From positions 18,873,048 through 18,937,047 of the forward strand of contig OZ316891.1 of the NCBI GenBank assembly GCA_973895155.1: a stretch of DNA of 64,000 nt, in the 5' to 3' direction. The number at the start of each line of letters is the position of its first letter. Position 1 is the first letter of the stretch. The stretch is from Marsupella aquatica. Lineage: Eukaryota > Plantae > Marchantiophyta. Position numbers and translations under genes: made by a program. This document shows positions 11,824-25,186 of this stretch, piece after piece. Below the pieces are notes generated by a model. That model was not told where the DNA came from, ran no database searches, and saw only the letters and a program-made list of their open reading frames with translations.

Positions 11824-14201
11824 ATGCCAGGGTTACGGAAGATTCAGCTCTGTCCTCTCGTTCTTTTGGTTGGATTTGCATTACTCTCTCGGTCATCGGT
11901 ATCTGCTGAGTACAACAAGAACCGCAACGAGACGCACTTCTTATCTTGGGTTGAGAAGGTCCGCGAGGAATACGAAGCCTCTCCTACAGTGGATTCTTCT
12001 CTCACAACGACCAGTGTTACAACCACAACAATAACTGTAGACCTCAACAAGAGCGTGGGCAAAGGCAACTTCCATACAGTGCAGACGGCTATAAATTCGA
12101 TTCCGGATGGAAGCTCTTCTCGCTACCTGGTCAAGATTGCGGCCGGCACCTACAAGTAAGCAAAATGTTGATCATCAGACTTCACGGTGTCTCGTCCGTA
12201 GAGTTTGAACCACGACATTGCGTCCGTGACCGAATGGTGAAGAATGTCCAGTACCGAGTGGTGAAAAATTTCCATGGCTCCAAAGTTAGTATTTAGATTT
12301 AGGAGCTGCCCAAATGCCATAGATCGATGATCTACTTTCGGAGAAGATTGCTTCTCCTGATCGTTTCTTAGTGGAGGAGGTTCCTGATTGTTCCTGATCT
12401 CCCCAAATTTCGTCTGTGATTGCTATGATTGTTGATGTTGGGACTCGTTTCTTGCTGCAGGGAGAAGGTGGACATTTCGGCATCGAAAGGTCCCATTACA
12501 CTCCAGGGCGCTGGCATGAGACTGACGAAAATCACATTCAGTCTGGACAATAAGGAAGCTAACGGAACATTGGCCAGCTCATCAGTCAAAGTATCTAGTG
12601 ACAACTTCATAGCCAAAGACATCGCCTTTGCGGTAAAAATCGAGACTCGCACACTTATCGACGTCCTGAGATAATACCATTAACATTGCACTGTCCGAGG
12701 TCTCGGTATCTTCCCTCGGCCATCCATGTCGTTTCCAATTGGCAGCCCATATCTGGCGCCAGCATCCATGGTGACCTACTGGACTTTAACCTTCATTGTG
12801 GGGCACGCCTCTTATTACAATGGCGTATAGATTCGAGGCGAAGGAGCATGTTACTGATGTCACCGATCAAACCTTATGAATGTTGATGAGTGCATTGCCT
12901 ATTCCAAGGACTGGTTGTAGCTCAATCGTCCATGATAAATGTCAAAACTCTTGCCAGCGGTCGATCTGTAGTGGGAGGTTACTTTAGGACTGTCAGCCGA
13001 ACCCACCGTGGAAGCATTGCTTCTCGCCTGTTTCTAGCTCAAATTGACCAATCTCTTTTGCCCACATTAGTCCCATGCTGAATTCCCCGAATTGCTCTCT
13101 ATTGCCCGGCTTTAGTAATACAGCTAGGTTTCAGGCTTCTGTGTCTACTTGGGGCTAGGTCCAATATGCTCAATTCTCGATAGAAACACTATGACTGATC
13201 TCATGAATAAGGGTCCATGACTCTCGTGGGATACTGCAGAACGGCTCCCCATCACCACCACCCGGAGCTGTCGGCAAGCAAGCTGTGGCTTTCATGATCA
13301 ATGGAGACAAGGGGGCTTTCTGGAGAGTAGCATTCCTGGGATACCAAGACACGCTGTACGACAGGAAGGGACGCCATTACTTCAAAGACTGTTTAATTCG
13401 CGGCACCATTGATTTCATCTTCGGAGACGGCCAATCCTACTACGAGGTGATACTTCACCTTAAGCCCCAGCTTTATGTACGTTGCTGCCAATGAACGTGA
13501 TGCTGGTGCTGGAACGATGGCTGAATTGGATTTCTAATTGTAATTTTCACGGTCGCCCTGCAGACTTGCTACTTGGATTTAGTCTCGACTTCATTTGGAT
13601 CCATAACAGCTCAAAAGAGAGCAGAGAAAAGTGACACCTCTGGTTACTCATTTGTGGACTGCGTCGTGAACGGAACTGGGAACAGTTACTTGGGAAGAGC
13701 GTGGGGGGCATACTCAAGAGTCGTGTTCATCCGAACCTACCTGACAGCCGCTATCCGCCCTGAAGGCTGGTACGACTGGGGTATCCCAGCGAGAGAAAAG
13801 TAAGAACCCTAACCTTTATATCCCGCTTTATATGAATCCCCGAGTCGATTTTGATACAATTCGTCGAATGACAGGTTCTAGAAAATCAAGAATATTTCAT
13901 GAATGAAACTGTATTCAAAACGGGTTTCATTTCGATCAGAAACTTCATTTTAATAGCGCAGGATGCAAACGTGATCATAGTTTGTTCCTGGCCATTCGCA
14001 ACAAGTATTGAGTACTAGGAAGAACTTGCTTCGAAAACGTGCAGGACTGTTTTATATGGAGAGTACGAGTGCTACGGACCAGGATCTCAGAGGGCTGGAC
14101 GTGTGCCTTGGTCATACTACCTCACGGATGCTGTTGTTAAACCTTTCTTGACTACCGATTGGATTCAGGGAAAGCTTTGGCTACCGAAAGGCCCCCAGTA
14201 A
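11824..14201 (+). CDS. PME: Pectin methylesterase (CE8) with signal peptide and no PMEI pro-domain
   Basis: Exons 11824-12155, 12461-12632, 13240-13446, 13564-13799, 14045-14201, all GT-AG and phase-consistent. Motifs GxF(H)TVQx[34 protein letters not shown] and [10 protein letters not shown]. Confidence 0.95.
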
Positions 14202-16224
14202 TAGTTGTAGACGTTGATGCCAGTTGCAGGTCGCACAAAATTATGTCAGCATTCATTCTTTTGGCCGAAAAGTATTGTGTATGTCATCGCCACAAGAGGC
14301 GAGAACGGTCGGTCTACAATCATAAGATTGTGGGATGTTATCCGGGCTTCATCTGTAACATATATAATTTCCACATTCGGAAGAAATTCGAATCAAACGC
14401 AGAAATCTGAGCAAATTCAGATTTACCTGAGTTTGTCAGTCACCTCAACAGCATGGCTTCCCTGAAAGTTTTGATTGATTGAATGCAGTTCCACATCGAC
14501 TGTGAGCTCTCAATCCCTTGAGTCGAGAGTACTGCAAACTCAAAAACTGTGATGAGAATGTTGTCTAATTTAGGTGTACCATGTAAATCCTACCGCAGAG
14601 AATCAGCTGGCTCGACCTTGACCACTCCTCCTGTCTAATTGGACGAACGGACTGAACTAAGCGATAAGACTGAGCTAAGTCAATAATAGAGTGCACGCAA
14701 TAGAGTGCATGCAGTAGAGCTCACCTAACATACGGCTCCCTGGGCCCAAGTTTTTCAGTGGTTCATGCATGCCATGGCCTCCTTGTCTGATCAGGAGCCC
14801 TGTGTTCTAATGGAAACACTACCCTCTGAGCCACATCAGAGCATCCGTTCCCCAACCCAGCTGGATTGCGCGCAGGCCGATTAAGACAGGAAGAATGATT
14901 GAACGTGCGATGTTGAAGGCCTCGTCTCAATTTGCACCACGTCGAATTTTCGTGCATTCACACACGAACATTTAGGTTTCCAAGCCTGCATTCAGATTTG
15001 CAATCATTTAATTGCCCGAAGGTAATGTTTGTTGTCAAAGTGAAATTAAATCTAGGTTATGGCGGCGAGACGGGAGGTAACAATGATGACATTTAATCGA
15101 TGTTCTCCTCAATGTTACGATTTTGACGTACTCCATACGTCGCTACTCCAGACGCCACCAATTTCGATCCGATTACCACTTTACCTTTTCCTTTCCCCGT
15201 TCCTTTCCCAGTAACCACGCTCGAGCAAGCAAGACAACTCCTAAAATGGAGAAATCCGGTGCTGGGACTCATGAGTGAGTCACATTGGCTGGCCGTCGTG
15301 ATAACGATAATATCGTTGTCGGCCTAGAAATCAATCAATTGCCAGTTAACCTACATAAAGCTCCTTTCTTGTAGTCTCTTTCAAGGGTACAGCAGTTATT
15401 CTCGACACGCTCTCGTCGTGGGTATTGCATCATGTCTGCCTTCATGAACATGCGAAAATGTCAATTGTCTATTTTAAAAAAACTATCGCAATCCTCATTT
15501 AATGAACTGCAGTACTTCAAACGACGGGGCTACGGGCTCTCCTACCCAACTCGAGCTGAACTCTGTGGGATGTGACAGAACTATATACCAAGGCAGAGTT
15601 TCTGTCGTGCCAAAATGGTTCCGAGTATCATTTTCAAGAGCTCTAATCACGGAGTCGGACACGAGAACCGCCGTGCACAAGCGTACTCTTGGCAGCCATA
15701 ATCAGTACCACAGAATGTCATTGTAATACTGAGTTGATTGGAACATGCAAGTAGACTATGCTGTTGGGAGCAACGTGCATCTGACGAGCCAGGGTCAATA
15801 CTGCGCCATCGCTCGGACCGAAAGTGACTGAATGGCCGGCCCTTGTTGCAATTGTCAAAGGTCATGCCATCCTGCGGACGTTGGAGTTGTGGAGCACTCC
15901 ATCCATTTAATTGAGTCTCAAAGCTGGGTGATAGTTGTGGAGCGATCCATCCAATTAATGAAAAATGCACAATTTCAAATGTTTCTTATGGGAAGCTCCT
16001 AAGTACCAACTAACACATCAAAGATATTAGTCACTAAACAAGAAAGTTAATTTAGTTGTGCACGAAGAACTAAACCTAACTTTTCATGTTTGATGCAAGG
16101 CAAATAAAAATAATTAGATCTAACATTTCAAATAATTATAGAAAAAAGTAAAATAAAATTACCCTTTTGTTGAGAAAATGGAGTTTGGATAGATCACCGT
16201 GTTGGACACTATGCTCCTGTGAAT

Positions 16225-16325
16225 CACATGTGGTGTTCCATGAGAGTTTTGGGTGTATCACATTTTGGTGGTCCATGAGAGTTTTGAGCGTATCACAGTT
16301 TGGTGGTCCATGAGAGTTTTGGGTT
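16225..16325. repeat. 35-bp tandem repeat x3
   Basis: tggtggtccatgagagttttg(g/a)g(t/c)gtatcaca repeated. Confidence 0.7.
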
Positions 16326-16970
16326 TCTAATTTGATGATTTCATTAGTAATAATGTTTAGAGTATCTCAACTTACCCCTCTCCATTTCATCATGAATAAC
16401 TCTACCAAAATGACCCAAAATTCATTGTCTTGTCACTTAGAGAGCAAGTTCACCATAAATGTCCGCTCTTAGTATTCCATACGAGTACTTTGCGACCTTG
16501 TTACATTCAGTACTTTGCGAGTTGGGTAGTCTAAATGGTCGACGGGGCCATGAAGATCGAGACATAGGTGACCATGTATATCTGCTAAGCTCAGTTTTTC
16601 ACATTACAAATTACAAGTCTACACGTAATAGTTCCTGCTTTCATGTCACTCGAGTTTCACACCACCCGAAATGTCTTCAGACAGGCATTCTAATTTTGCC
16701 TCGTCACTAGTAAATCGTTACAGCTGACTATAACTCTCAATGTCATCAGACTGATGACACAGCTGCAGAAAGTTCGGAGGTAATTCCATTCTTGATCTTC
16801 CCTGAGAATATTTGCTTGATAGTGCAGAATGCTTCCAAAACCGTAAAGAATCCAAAAGTAGGTCAGTTTGTCAGTAATAATTCCACCGCTAGACATTTCA
16901 ATCAACAAGAATGCAAAGCATGGAATGGTGAAACAAATTTCATCTAGCAAAAGAAATGGAGCTGATATAC

Positions 16971-19172
16971 CTGATATTCTGATCAATTCACTCCTTTGTT
17001 CGTCTGTCAAATCGCCTTCAAGTTTCAGGATGGCATGAAGACCGTCTGGAACCTTGCCAGCTGCACACAAGCAGAGGTTGTCATTTACTTCACCTCCAAT
17101 TGTCTGACAAAGTCATGTCATTTACCACATTACAGCTAACTTTCGTATAGATCAAGCAAAAAACAAAAGCACAATTTACGTCTACATCGGATCCCCTGAA
17201 TTCAATTACGTCAGGTATATATATGACTGATGAGTAATTGGTGACATCTCAACTACGTCCGAGGAAACTGAAATCGTACAAATGCTGTGGCAAAACAAAT
17301 TTTGTTTTACAGTGTTTGCCCATGACTATTCACAATGCGACAAGGTAGTATAAGATTGAAGGAAATGAAATCAACTGCCCAGTGTACGACTGGTACTTAC
17401 CTGGCCCGTTGATTTCTTGAACCTCCACTTCAATGTGTTTCAGGGGCCAATTCTTTCGGTTTGCATACTGCGCCAAACACAGCAATCCATTTGACTCAAT
17501 TTACTAACGACAAAAGAGAATCTTTCAACTCGCTCTGGTCCGAAGCTGTCAGGATCGAGTTGACATCACCATGTAGGGATGTGCTGCTCCAAGAATTTTT
17601 CATGATACGAAGTCAAATTGATCAAATTACGTTCACCAACAGCCCAGGCTACCAGATTCCTCACCAGGCGGACTGTCATAGATGTGCACAGTGCCAGTGC
17701 CGCATATGCATAGTCTTTAGGCCTGGAATGGTAGCAACAGTCAGATCAAGAATCAGGCCAGTGCTGCTACTGCGCGAAATTCCTCAGATTGTGTAGAATG
17801 ACCTCACCTTATGAGCAAAAATTCGACAACTGAAACCCTCAAGAATTTGTTATGTTTTGGTTTCAATGACACGTACAAGGAAGTTAAAATTATTCAAATC
17901 AAAATGTTTCTATGTGCACTGTTTAATTGGAGGCGTAGCCTGTTCTGATTTTGATGCAAGTAAAGTACCATAGATTCTCCCGGAGGTCTATTTCTAAATC
18001 TATCATTTGCCTACAAGATTTTAAGCTACTGTGTGGACTACTGAATTTCTTGGATCTGAATTTGTCCAACAGTGACTCATACTCCGGCCCAGCTGGATCA
18101 TCAGCTCCCCGATGGAGATACATCAACAAGGATACATTCAACCTGATCTATACTGTGGGTAAGAGCAGAAATCATACTCTGGGGCTGTTCCGTTGGCACC
18201 CCATGGTTCTGCACCAAGATCTCCCTTGAACGTGTGTCCACCAGCTTTGAGGATGTTTATGTAGGGTTGACCACTCTGCCAATAAGGGTCACATACACGA
18301 ATACCACATAAGGAACAATCACGTTTCTCATAATGTCGAATGGTCATAAGTTGGGATACTGTCACAGGAACTCCAACGGCAGTCCCTACCCATCCTGACA
18401 AGCTCAAATCACCTCATCTTACCAACAAATAAACCAAAGAGTGGACTAATCTGAGGACCAGAATGACCAGCATGCAGCAACACAAACTCGTAAGCCCACG
18501 GATGAGAACATATGGACATCCAAACTAATGAAGGCCAAGAATCGACCACACCAAGAATGAACCGGAACCCCTAGTGCAATGCAACGAGTGACAATCATCA
18601 TTGGGGTTTGACACCACTCTGTTTCTCTGCCATGATGGATCCTTGTGCTATACTATTGCAAGAAAGTCAATAAGAATTGTGAATTAGATGTTAATTAGTG
18701 GCCATCTTGCAGCTTTTCAGAGAAAATTGTCTTAAGTCAACTACAGGTCTTCCAACAAAAAACCAACTAAAGAAGACAAGCATTCCAACCAGGCAGAGTA
18801 TTCACATTCTAGGGAGTTAAAAAGAAATGGATTCCATAAACATCATGGACGCATTCTTTTAAAATCTACTTCACTTTGTGAGTTGGCGGGGAGGGTGGGT
18901 AAGGTCGTTAGAAGGAAGCCACTTACCGGATCTTCAGAAGAAGTGGCATTGTGGGAACTGCATCGGACTATAGAACGGGGTTGCACATGTACAACAGGAA
19001 GTCTTGCCCCACCAGTAAGCAGCGGTCCCAGCCCCAATCGCCCTAACATCTTGCCGACTGGACCTCGAGCTAACATTCCACACTTGCTCCCTGAGAATTG
19101 GACAGGGAAATGTGCTGAGGGAGCCCTAGTCAATCGAAGATGTAGCATAGCAATAGCCGCCATTCTCTGCAT
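16971..19172 (-). CDS. OsmC/Ohr-family (YhfA-like) protein with putative organellar transit peptide; last exon not located
   Basis: Phase-consistent GT-AG exons 19172-18927, 18275-18178, 17722-17665, 17467-17401, 17060-16971 give AGGHTFKGDL...GTAPEPKDYAYAALALCTSMTVRLYANRKNWPLKHIEVEV...LKLEGDLTDEQRSELIRIS, matching the OsmC consensus. The N-terminus is R/S/A-rich and poor in acidic residues. Confidence 0.85.
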
Positions 19173-19699
19173 CTTCGCATCAAAAGATCCAAAGCTTTGG
19201 TTTCAACGAACCATTTCGCGTTTTATACGCCGAGTAGGTGTCGTTCATCTCTGATCTTCTAGAAAACAACCTGCTCCATGTACGTTAAACTTTCTCCAGA
19301 ATTCCAACAGCACCGAATAAACCTCGGGACATACGGGCCGTGCTCTCTTCCTTTGTAATCAGTATAGCTGACCCCCTAGTGAACATCGGACATGCCCTCT
19401 CCCTTTGTCATCAGTATAACTAGTCCCCTTTGAAGCGCCTTCTCCCCTTCTAAATATGTGATAAAATTTGCACATCCACGGAATTCTAGGTAGGAGTTCA
19501 TTCCACTGCCCTCGTCTGGAAAACATAAATATTGTGGCATGTTTGTAGTGGATGGACTACATACAATTGGATCGACAAAACTCTGACTAGATTCAACAGA
19601 TCAACAAAACTCCCAATCCTGTTGCCTCCCTTTAGGAGCACTTTACAAAATAGTGGATCTAGATTTTTGTCATGGCTAGTGGGGGTTTAAGCTCATGAG

Positions 19700-20177
19700 T
19701 TGTGACAGAAACCTTGAGCCCATAGAGCATGACTCCATTGGAAAGAACTGTTGCCATACTATGAACCACAACTCCATAGAGAAGAAGCATTTGGCATAAC
19801 AGCCACCAAGACTCTATCAATCATTATTATTAATAACCAAAGTACTAGGCTATACTCTGTTACAAAGCAAGCATGACTTTGTTGGACAAAAATGTTGCCA
19901 AAACGTAAACCACAACTTTACAAGGAAGAAGTTGATGGCACAATGTTGATTGGGCTGGAGCAAGCGACAAAAAGTGAAGGGTGTAAAAACATAAACCTAA
20001 AGTTGATGGCGTGCACAATGTTAATTGGGCTGGAGCGGGTGACAAAATGATAGTCTTAGTTTATGTTCTGGCAAACTCGGGCCAGAGCGGGTAGCAACAT
20101 TGGGGACTGGGACGGGTAGTGTACAGGCCACAGGATGATTGGGGAGCATTAACGCGGTGTAGATTTAACTCACAGTC
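19700..20177. mobile_element. Truncated right end of a Mutator-like foldback family copy
   Basis: Directly similar to ~22930-23400 (gactccattggaaagaa...ggggagcattaa...tgtagatttaa). Confidence 0.65.
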
Positions 20178-20182
20178 ACTCT

Positions 20183-21672
20183 TGTAGCAACCTGACAAAC
20201 ACATAACTACTTAAGGTACAATCTGAAAGAATCTTCCAGCTCAAGATGTAAGGAAGATCTGAAACCCAGGAGCTGATATCTTTGCAAAGCCTGGATTTTC
20301 TGAGCAAAAATCTCAGAGTGCACGGGTCCCTTTCAGGACATTATTCCTATGTGGGTTATATATTATGTTGTTCTTTGGAAGTTATTTATATATATCAAAT
20401 TCCAAAGAACAAAAGGCGCCAAATAGGAAGATAGGATCCAAAAGGTCAGAGTGCCGATAGTTTACCTTGAGGCAGATTTTCCATGGAGGACTTCCATGAC
20501 CAGCTGGTTGCAGATTGGGTCAAGGGTAAAACTTTCTGAAGATCCAATAACCTCTACCACCAAATAGTTTTAATTCACTTGGTCCACCTGCCCTGGCTCC
20601 CCCGGCGAAACTTCCCAAGGATGCTCAAACTCTGCAAGGTGATAAGTATAAACTATGGAATCGCTGAAAAAGCAGAGCAACCCGACAAATACGAGATCAT
20701 TCTATGCCCTGTCTTGCGTGGCTCCGGCTGTTCAGCACTGTAAAAAAGGCTCCTCGCCCGCTCTCTGTGCATCGACGGAGAGCATGGAATGGAATCATGC
20801 TTTTGATAGGATGAAGAAACATATTCTGTTTATTCGGAGATACCACCCGCCGGAGGCCCATAAGGAAGACCTAGAGGAAATCATTGGGAAGACCTAGGGT
20901 AGATCATTGGTTTTTGGAAACCGAAAAGATACATATAAATATATATATATGCTGCGCCCGTAGTGAAGTAGTGAAGTAGTGAAAGAGGGACCAAAGTAAG
21001 TAGAGTTAGTGAGCCGTGTAATGGGCAACTATTTCGCACGGTTCGGAGGGCACACTCTACTCTGGCAGTTAGCTTGGCAGTTAGTGCACGGTGTCACCCA
21101 CCCAAAGTTAATCTGTAGAAATGCTAACCCAAGTCTCAGAGTGAAAATTCCTCGGGTAAATGTCCTGCAGCTGACCATAAAACAGTGGGGAATAGCAGGT
21201 TTGAGATGGTCTAATAAAGGGGAGAAAACAATAAAAGGAAGACCAAAGAGCCTAAATCTGCCCTATCTTCTATGCAATGCATGCCATGCACTATTTCTGT
21301 GTGCAATAGTACCTTTTTCTCTCTCTTTTTCTAACTGCACACCGGACAGTTAGAAATAGTCCCTGCAGACCAAGCAATGGGCCCTGCGGATAGACTGCGA
21401 GAAGGAATGACTCTAGGGCTCCCTCACTACCTCGGGAATGCAAGTTCTGGCCACCAAAGCCCAGGTGAATCTCGAGGTGAATATAACCTTGCCAGAAAAC
21501 AAGTGTCAAAATGGGAGAAGGATCCCAATTAGGTGCCAGGCTACCCAATCAAGAGAAAACAACTAAGGGAAAACCCACAGAAGGTCAAAGAGCCAAAAGG
21601 CCCAAGAGTTCCCAACAACAGCAAAATAACAAAACCTGAACAGTGAGGTGTAATGTGGCAATGTTGCTCTCA
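20183..21672. mobile_element. Possible degenerate solo LTR
   Basis: Begins tgtagcaac and ends gttgctctca, with an (AT)n stretch and LTR-like composition; no convincing TSD. Confidence 0.25.
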
Positions 21673-22244
21673 TCTCTTATCGTCGTTGTTCAAATTTAAG
21701 AGGAGATCCAGGTTAAAATGATGCAGCTGCCTCCATGTAGTATGGCACATCCGGACTTGGACCCTGCAACGCCTCGGCTTGCACCTCGGCCCTGGTCAGC
21801 TTTCTTGCGCCCTCCATCTCAACAACAGTTACTTTGCAGTGAGAACACTCACCCAACCAACATGATGACACATCTACAACCACAATATGAGTGGACCGAC
21901 AACATGGCTGGAAGGACAACGTTTTCTTTGTCTCATCTGCACTTCTTTCCCTTACTTGACCTTTTTGTGCAATTTGGGGGGATGACCTCAATCATGACGA
22001 TTGTGCAGCCCACTGGATTTGGGCTATCACCCAAACACTCTAATAATCAAGTGTCGGCATTGCGGTTGCTGTCACTTGTCTCGCATCCCAGGCCCTCACC
22101 CTCCCAACAACAACACTTTCACAACTTACAGCACAACAAATACCAAAAGAAAAACATTTCCTGCGACAACCACCCAAACAAAACCATGAGACTTCTGCAC
22201 CCACAAACATGATTGCATAATAAATATATCCAAAATGTTAACAC

Positions 22245-22537
22245 CCTAGGGGTCTCACGAATTTTCTAATTATATAGGTGCCCCCATCACCTGTCATTGA
22301 TGTTTTTAAGTCTTGGACCTCTAACTCTACACCTATAAAGTACAAATATCCTTGGAATATTCCAAAAATTTGATAAAAAAACCCTCATGTTCTTACAAGA
22401 CTCAAAATTGAGTTGTAAAGAACCCTTATGTTCTCCAAAGAAATTTTTTAAGTTATCCCTTAGAGCCAATAAAACAACCCTAAGTTGCATTGTCGCACCT
22501 GATGTGTCAATTCTATGGTACTAGTGAAACCCCCAGG
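22245..22537. mobile_element. MITE family 1 copy (degenerate)
   Basis: ctaggggtctcac...ccccatcacctgtc...tagtgaaacccccag, similar to the reverse complement of 4098-4393. Confidence 0.65.
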
Positions 22538-22579
22538 CTGTTTCTCACTTGCAATTTTTTTGTTTTACCTCAACAATTC

Positions 22580-23407
22580 ACCGCGCGTTAAATCTACAAC
22601 AAGTTAATGTTCCCTACTTTTCTTGGGGCCCCATACATTGCCCGTCCCGGTCCCCAATGTTGCTGCCCGCTATGGCCAGAGTTTTCCAAAACATAAACCA
22701 ATACTCTACCATTTTGTTATCCGCCCCTGCACGATCAATTTTGTGCCATTGACTTCAGGTTTATAATCTGGCACCCGTCACTCCCGCCGTCACTTGTTGT
22801 CACCCCCTCCGGCCCAAGTTTGCTAGCTAAGAACATAAACCAAAACTCTATCATTAATCATGATTTACTCTTATCCAAAGTACCAGGCTTTGCCTTAACA
22901 CTTAGACTCTATTATTTACTAAACAGGCATGAATCCATTGGAAAGAAACTGTGTCGCCAAAGCATAAACCAAGACTCCATAGAAAAGAAACATTTAGCAA
23001 AACATTAACCAAGATTATCAATATTGACTCTTAACCAAAGTACTAGGTTGTGCAACACTTAGACTCTGTTACAAAACAAATTTGACTCAGTTGGAAAGAG
23101 GTGTTGTCAGAACATAAACCAAGACTCCACATACAAGGAAGAAGTTGATGACACAAATTAAGTCAATCAGGCCGGAGCAGGCGACAACAAATGAAAGGTG
23201 CCAAAACATAAACCCAAAGTTGATGGCAGAAAGTTGATTGGGCCAGAGCGAGTGACAAAATAGAAGAGTCAGATTGGTTTATGTTCTGGAAAACTTGGGC
23301 GGGAGCGGGCAACAACATTGGGGACTAGGATGGGCAGTGTATGGAGCCCCACAAAAATGGGGGAGCATTAACTTGTTGTAGATTTAATGGCTGGTCAACC
23401 GGGCGGT
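22580..23407. mobile_element. Mutator-like foldback element with 9-bp TSD
   Basis: Long imperfect TIRs (ttaaatctacaacaagttaatg / cattaacttgttgtagatttaa); TSD caacaattc at 22571-22579 and 23408-23416. Confidence 0.8.
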
Positions 23408-23709
23408 CAACAATTCTATGCAACACAGTCACAATAAGGTACTGTTGCACCAATGATTGCATGGATGCAACGGCCACATGGTCATAACAATACTCACCTA
23501 CAATTCTTAAATTAAGTTTTCCTCAACTTCAAATATGTGTGTCATGCGCAACTATTGTCACACCAACAACAACATGGGTGCTTGGCCTCAACAATATCAA
23601 TCAAACACATGAGCTTGTATTTTAAGCATCTTTTGCAATATATATGTCTTTGCTTTTCATAATGATTATTTATTAATCTCTTTTAAGGCATTCACTCCCA
23701 CTAAACTTG

Positions 23710-25186
23710 ACCCTGAGTTAAATCTACATCAACTTAATGTTGTCCAAGATTAGTGGGCCACCGTACGCTGCCCGTCCCTAAGCCCAATGCAGCCTTCCCG
23801 ACCAAAGCAATTAATGTTGGTTTGTGTTCTGGCACTGAGGATGACGGAACCTTTCTGTCCCCGTCCATCTTTTCAAAATCTGGGCGGGAGAGTGCCTAGC
23901 CAACCCTGCAGTCTCCCACTGTTGACCTTGCACTTGTGCTTGACACACACAAAGGATCGCACGAACATTGCCTGCACTCGAAAGTGGCTGCAAGGGATTT
24001 GTTTGGGTTGTAGTGAGGTTATTCTTCACATTTGCTCCCGCATTTGCTTGATGCAGACATCATTGCGCTTGGGAATCTGTCTCATGTTTATAGTGAACTT
24101 ATTCAGTGAACACCTAGGAGTCTTAAACTAGCACATCAAAACTGCTTGCTCAGGTATGCACTCAACATCTCTATCATGTGGGATACTTGATGTGTTTCCG
24201 CAGCTTTTACGGCTGTAGTTCATGTTCTGCTTGAGTTTTGGATGCAGAGTTTAAGGTTACAGTTTATGTTCTGCAAAGTGCTGGAATGAGACTTTTGAGA
24301 TTTTGGATTTCCTGTAGATAATGCCGCCTCGCTCAGTAGTAGTGCAACCTCAGAAAGGGAAGTCTGCGGTTCCACCAAAGGCAGAATGGATCAAAATTCC
24401 CACAGGCCAAAAATCCTGGCACAAAAATCCACGCCCCAATGGTCTCCTGTGGGACAGATTCTTGGCTCTCATCCAATGCTCATTGATGTTGGCCTGTGGG
24501 AATTTGATCCATTCTGCCTACGGTGGAACCGCAGGCTTCCCTTTCCGAGGTTGCACTACTACTGACGAGCGAGGCGGCATTATCTACAGGAAATCCAAAA
24601 TCTCAAAAGTCCCGTTCCAGCACTTTGCAGAACATAAATTGTAACCTTAAACTCTGTATCCAAAACTCAAGCAGAAGATGAACTACAGCCGTAAAAGCTA
24701 CAAAAACACATAAAGTATCCCACACGATAGAGATGTCGAGTGCATACCTGAGCAGGTAGTTTCGATGTGCTGGTTTTGGACTCCTACTGTAGGTGCTCAC
24801 TGAATAAGTTCACTATAAACATGAGACAGATTCCCAAGCGCAATGATGTCTGCATCAAGCAATGTGAAGAATAACCTCACTACAACCCAAACAAATCCCT
24901 TGCAGCCACTTTCGAGTGCAGGCAATGTTCGTGCGCTCCTTTGTGTGTCAAACTCAAGTGCAAGGTCGACAGTGGGAGACCGCGGGGTTGGCTGGGCACT
25001 CTCCCGCCCAGATTTTGAAAAGATGGACGAGGACGGAAATTAAAGGTTCCGTCATCCTCAGTGCCAGAACACAAACTGACATTCATTGCTTTGGTCGGGC
25101 AGGCTGCATTGGGCTTAGGGACGGGCAGCGTACGGTGGCCCACTAATCTTGGACAACATTAAGTTGATGTAGATTTAACTCAGGGT
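23710..25186. mobile_element. 1477-bp Mutator-like foldback (near-perfect palindrome, ~700-bp arms) with 9-bp TSD
   Basis: accctgagttaaatctacatc... mirrored by ...gatgtagatttaactcagggt; arms meet across an ~80-bp spacer at ~24410-24488; TSD ctaaacttg at 23701-23709 and 25187-25195. Confidence 0.93.

Noticed and set aside
23787-25146. Several mirrored ORFs on both strands
   Set aside because: By-products of the palindrome with no recognisable protein.
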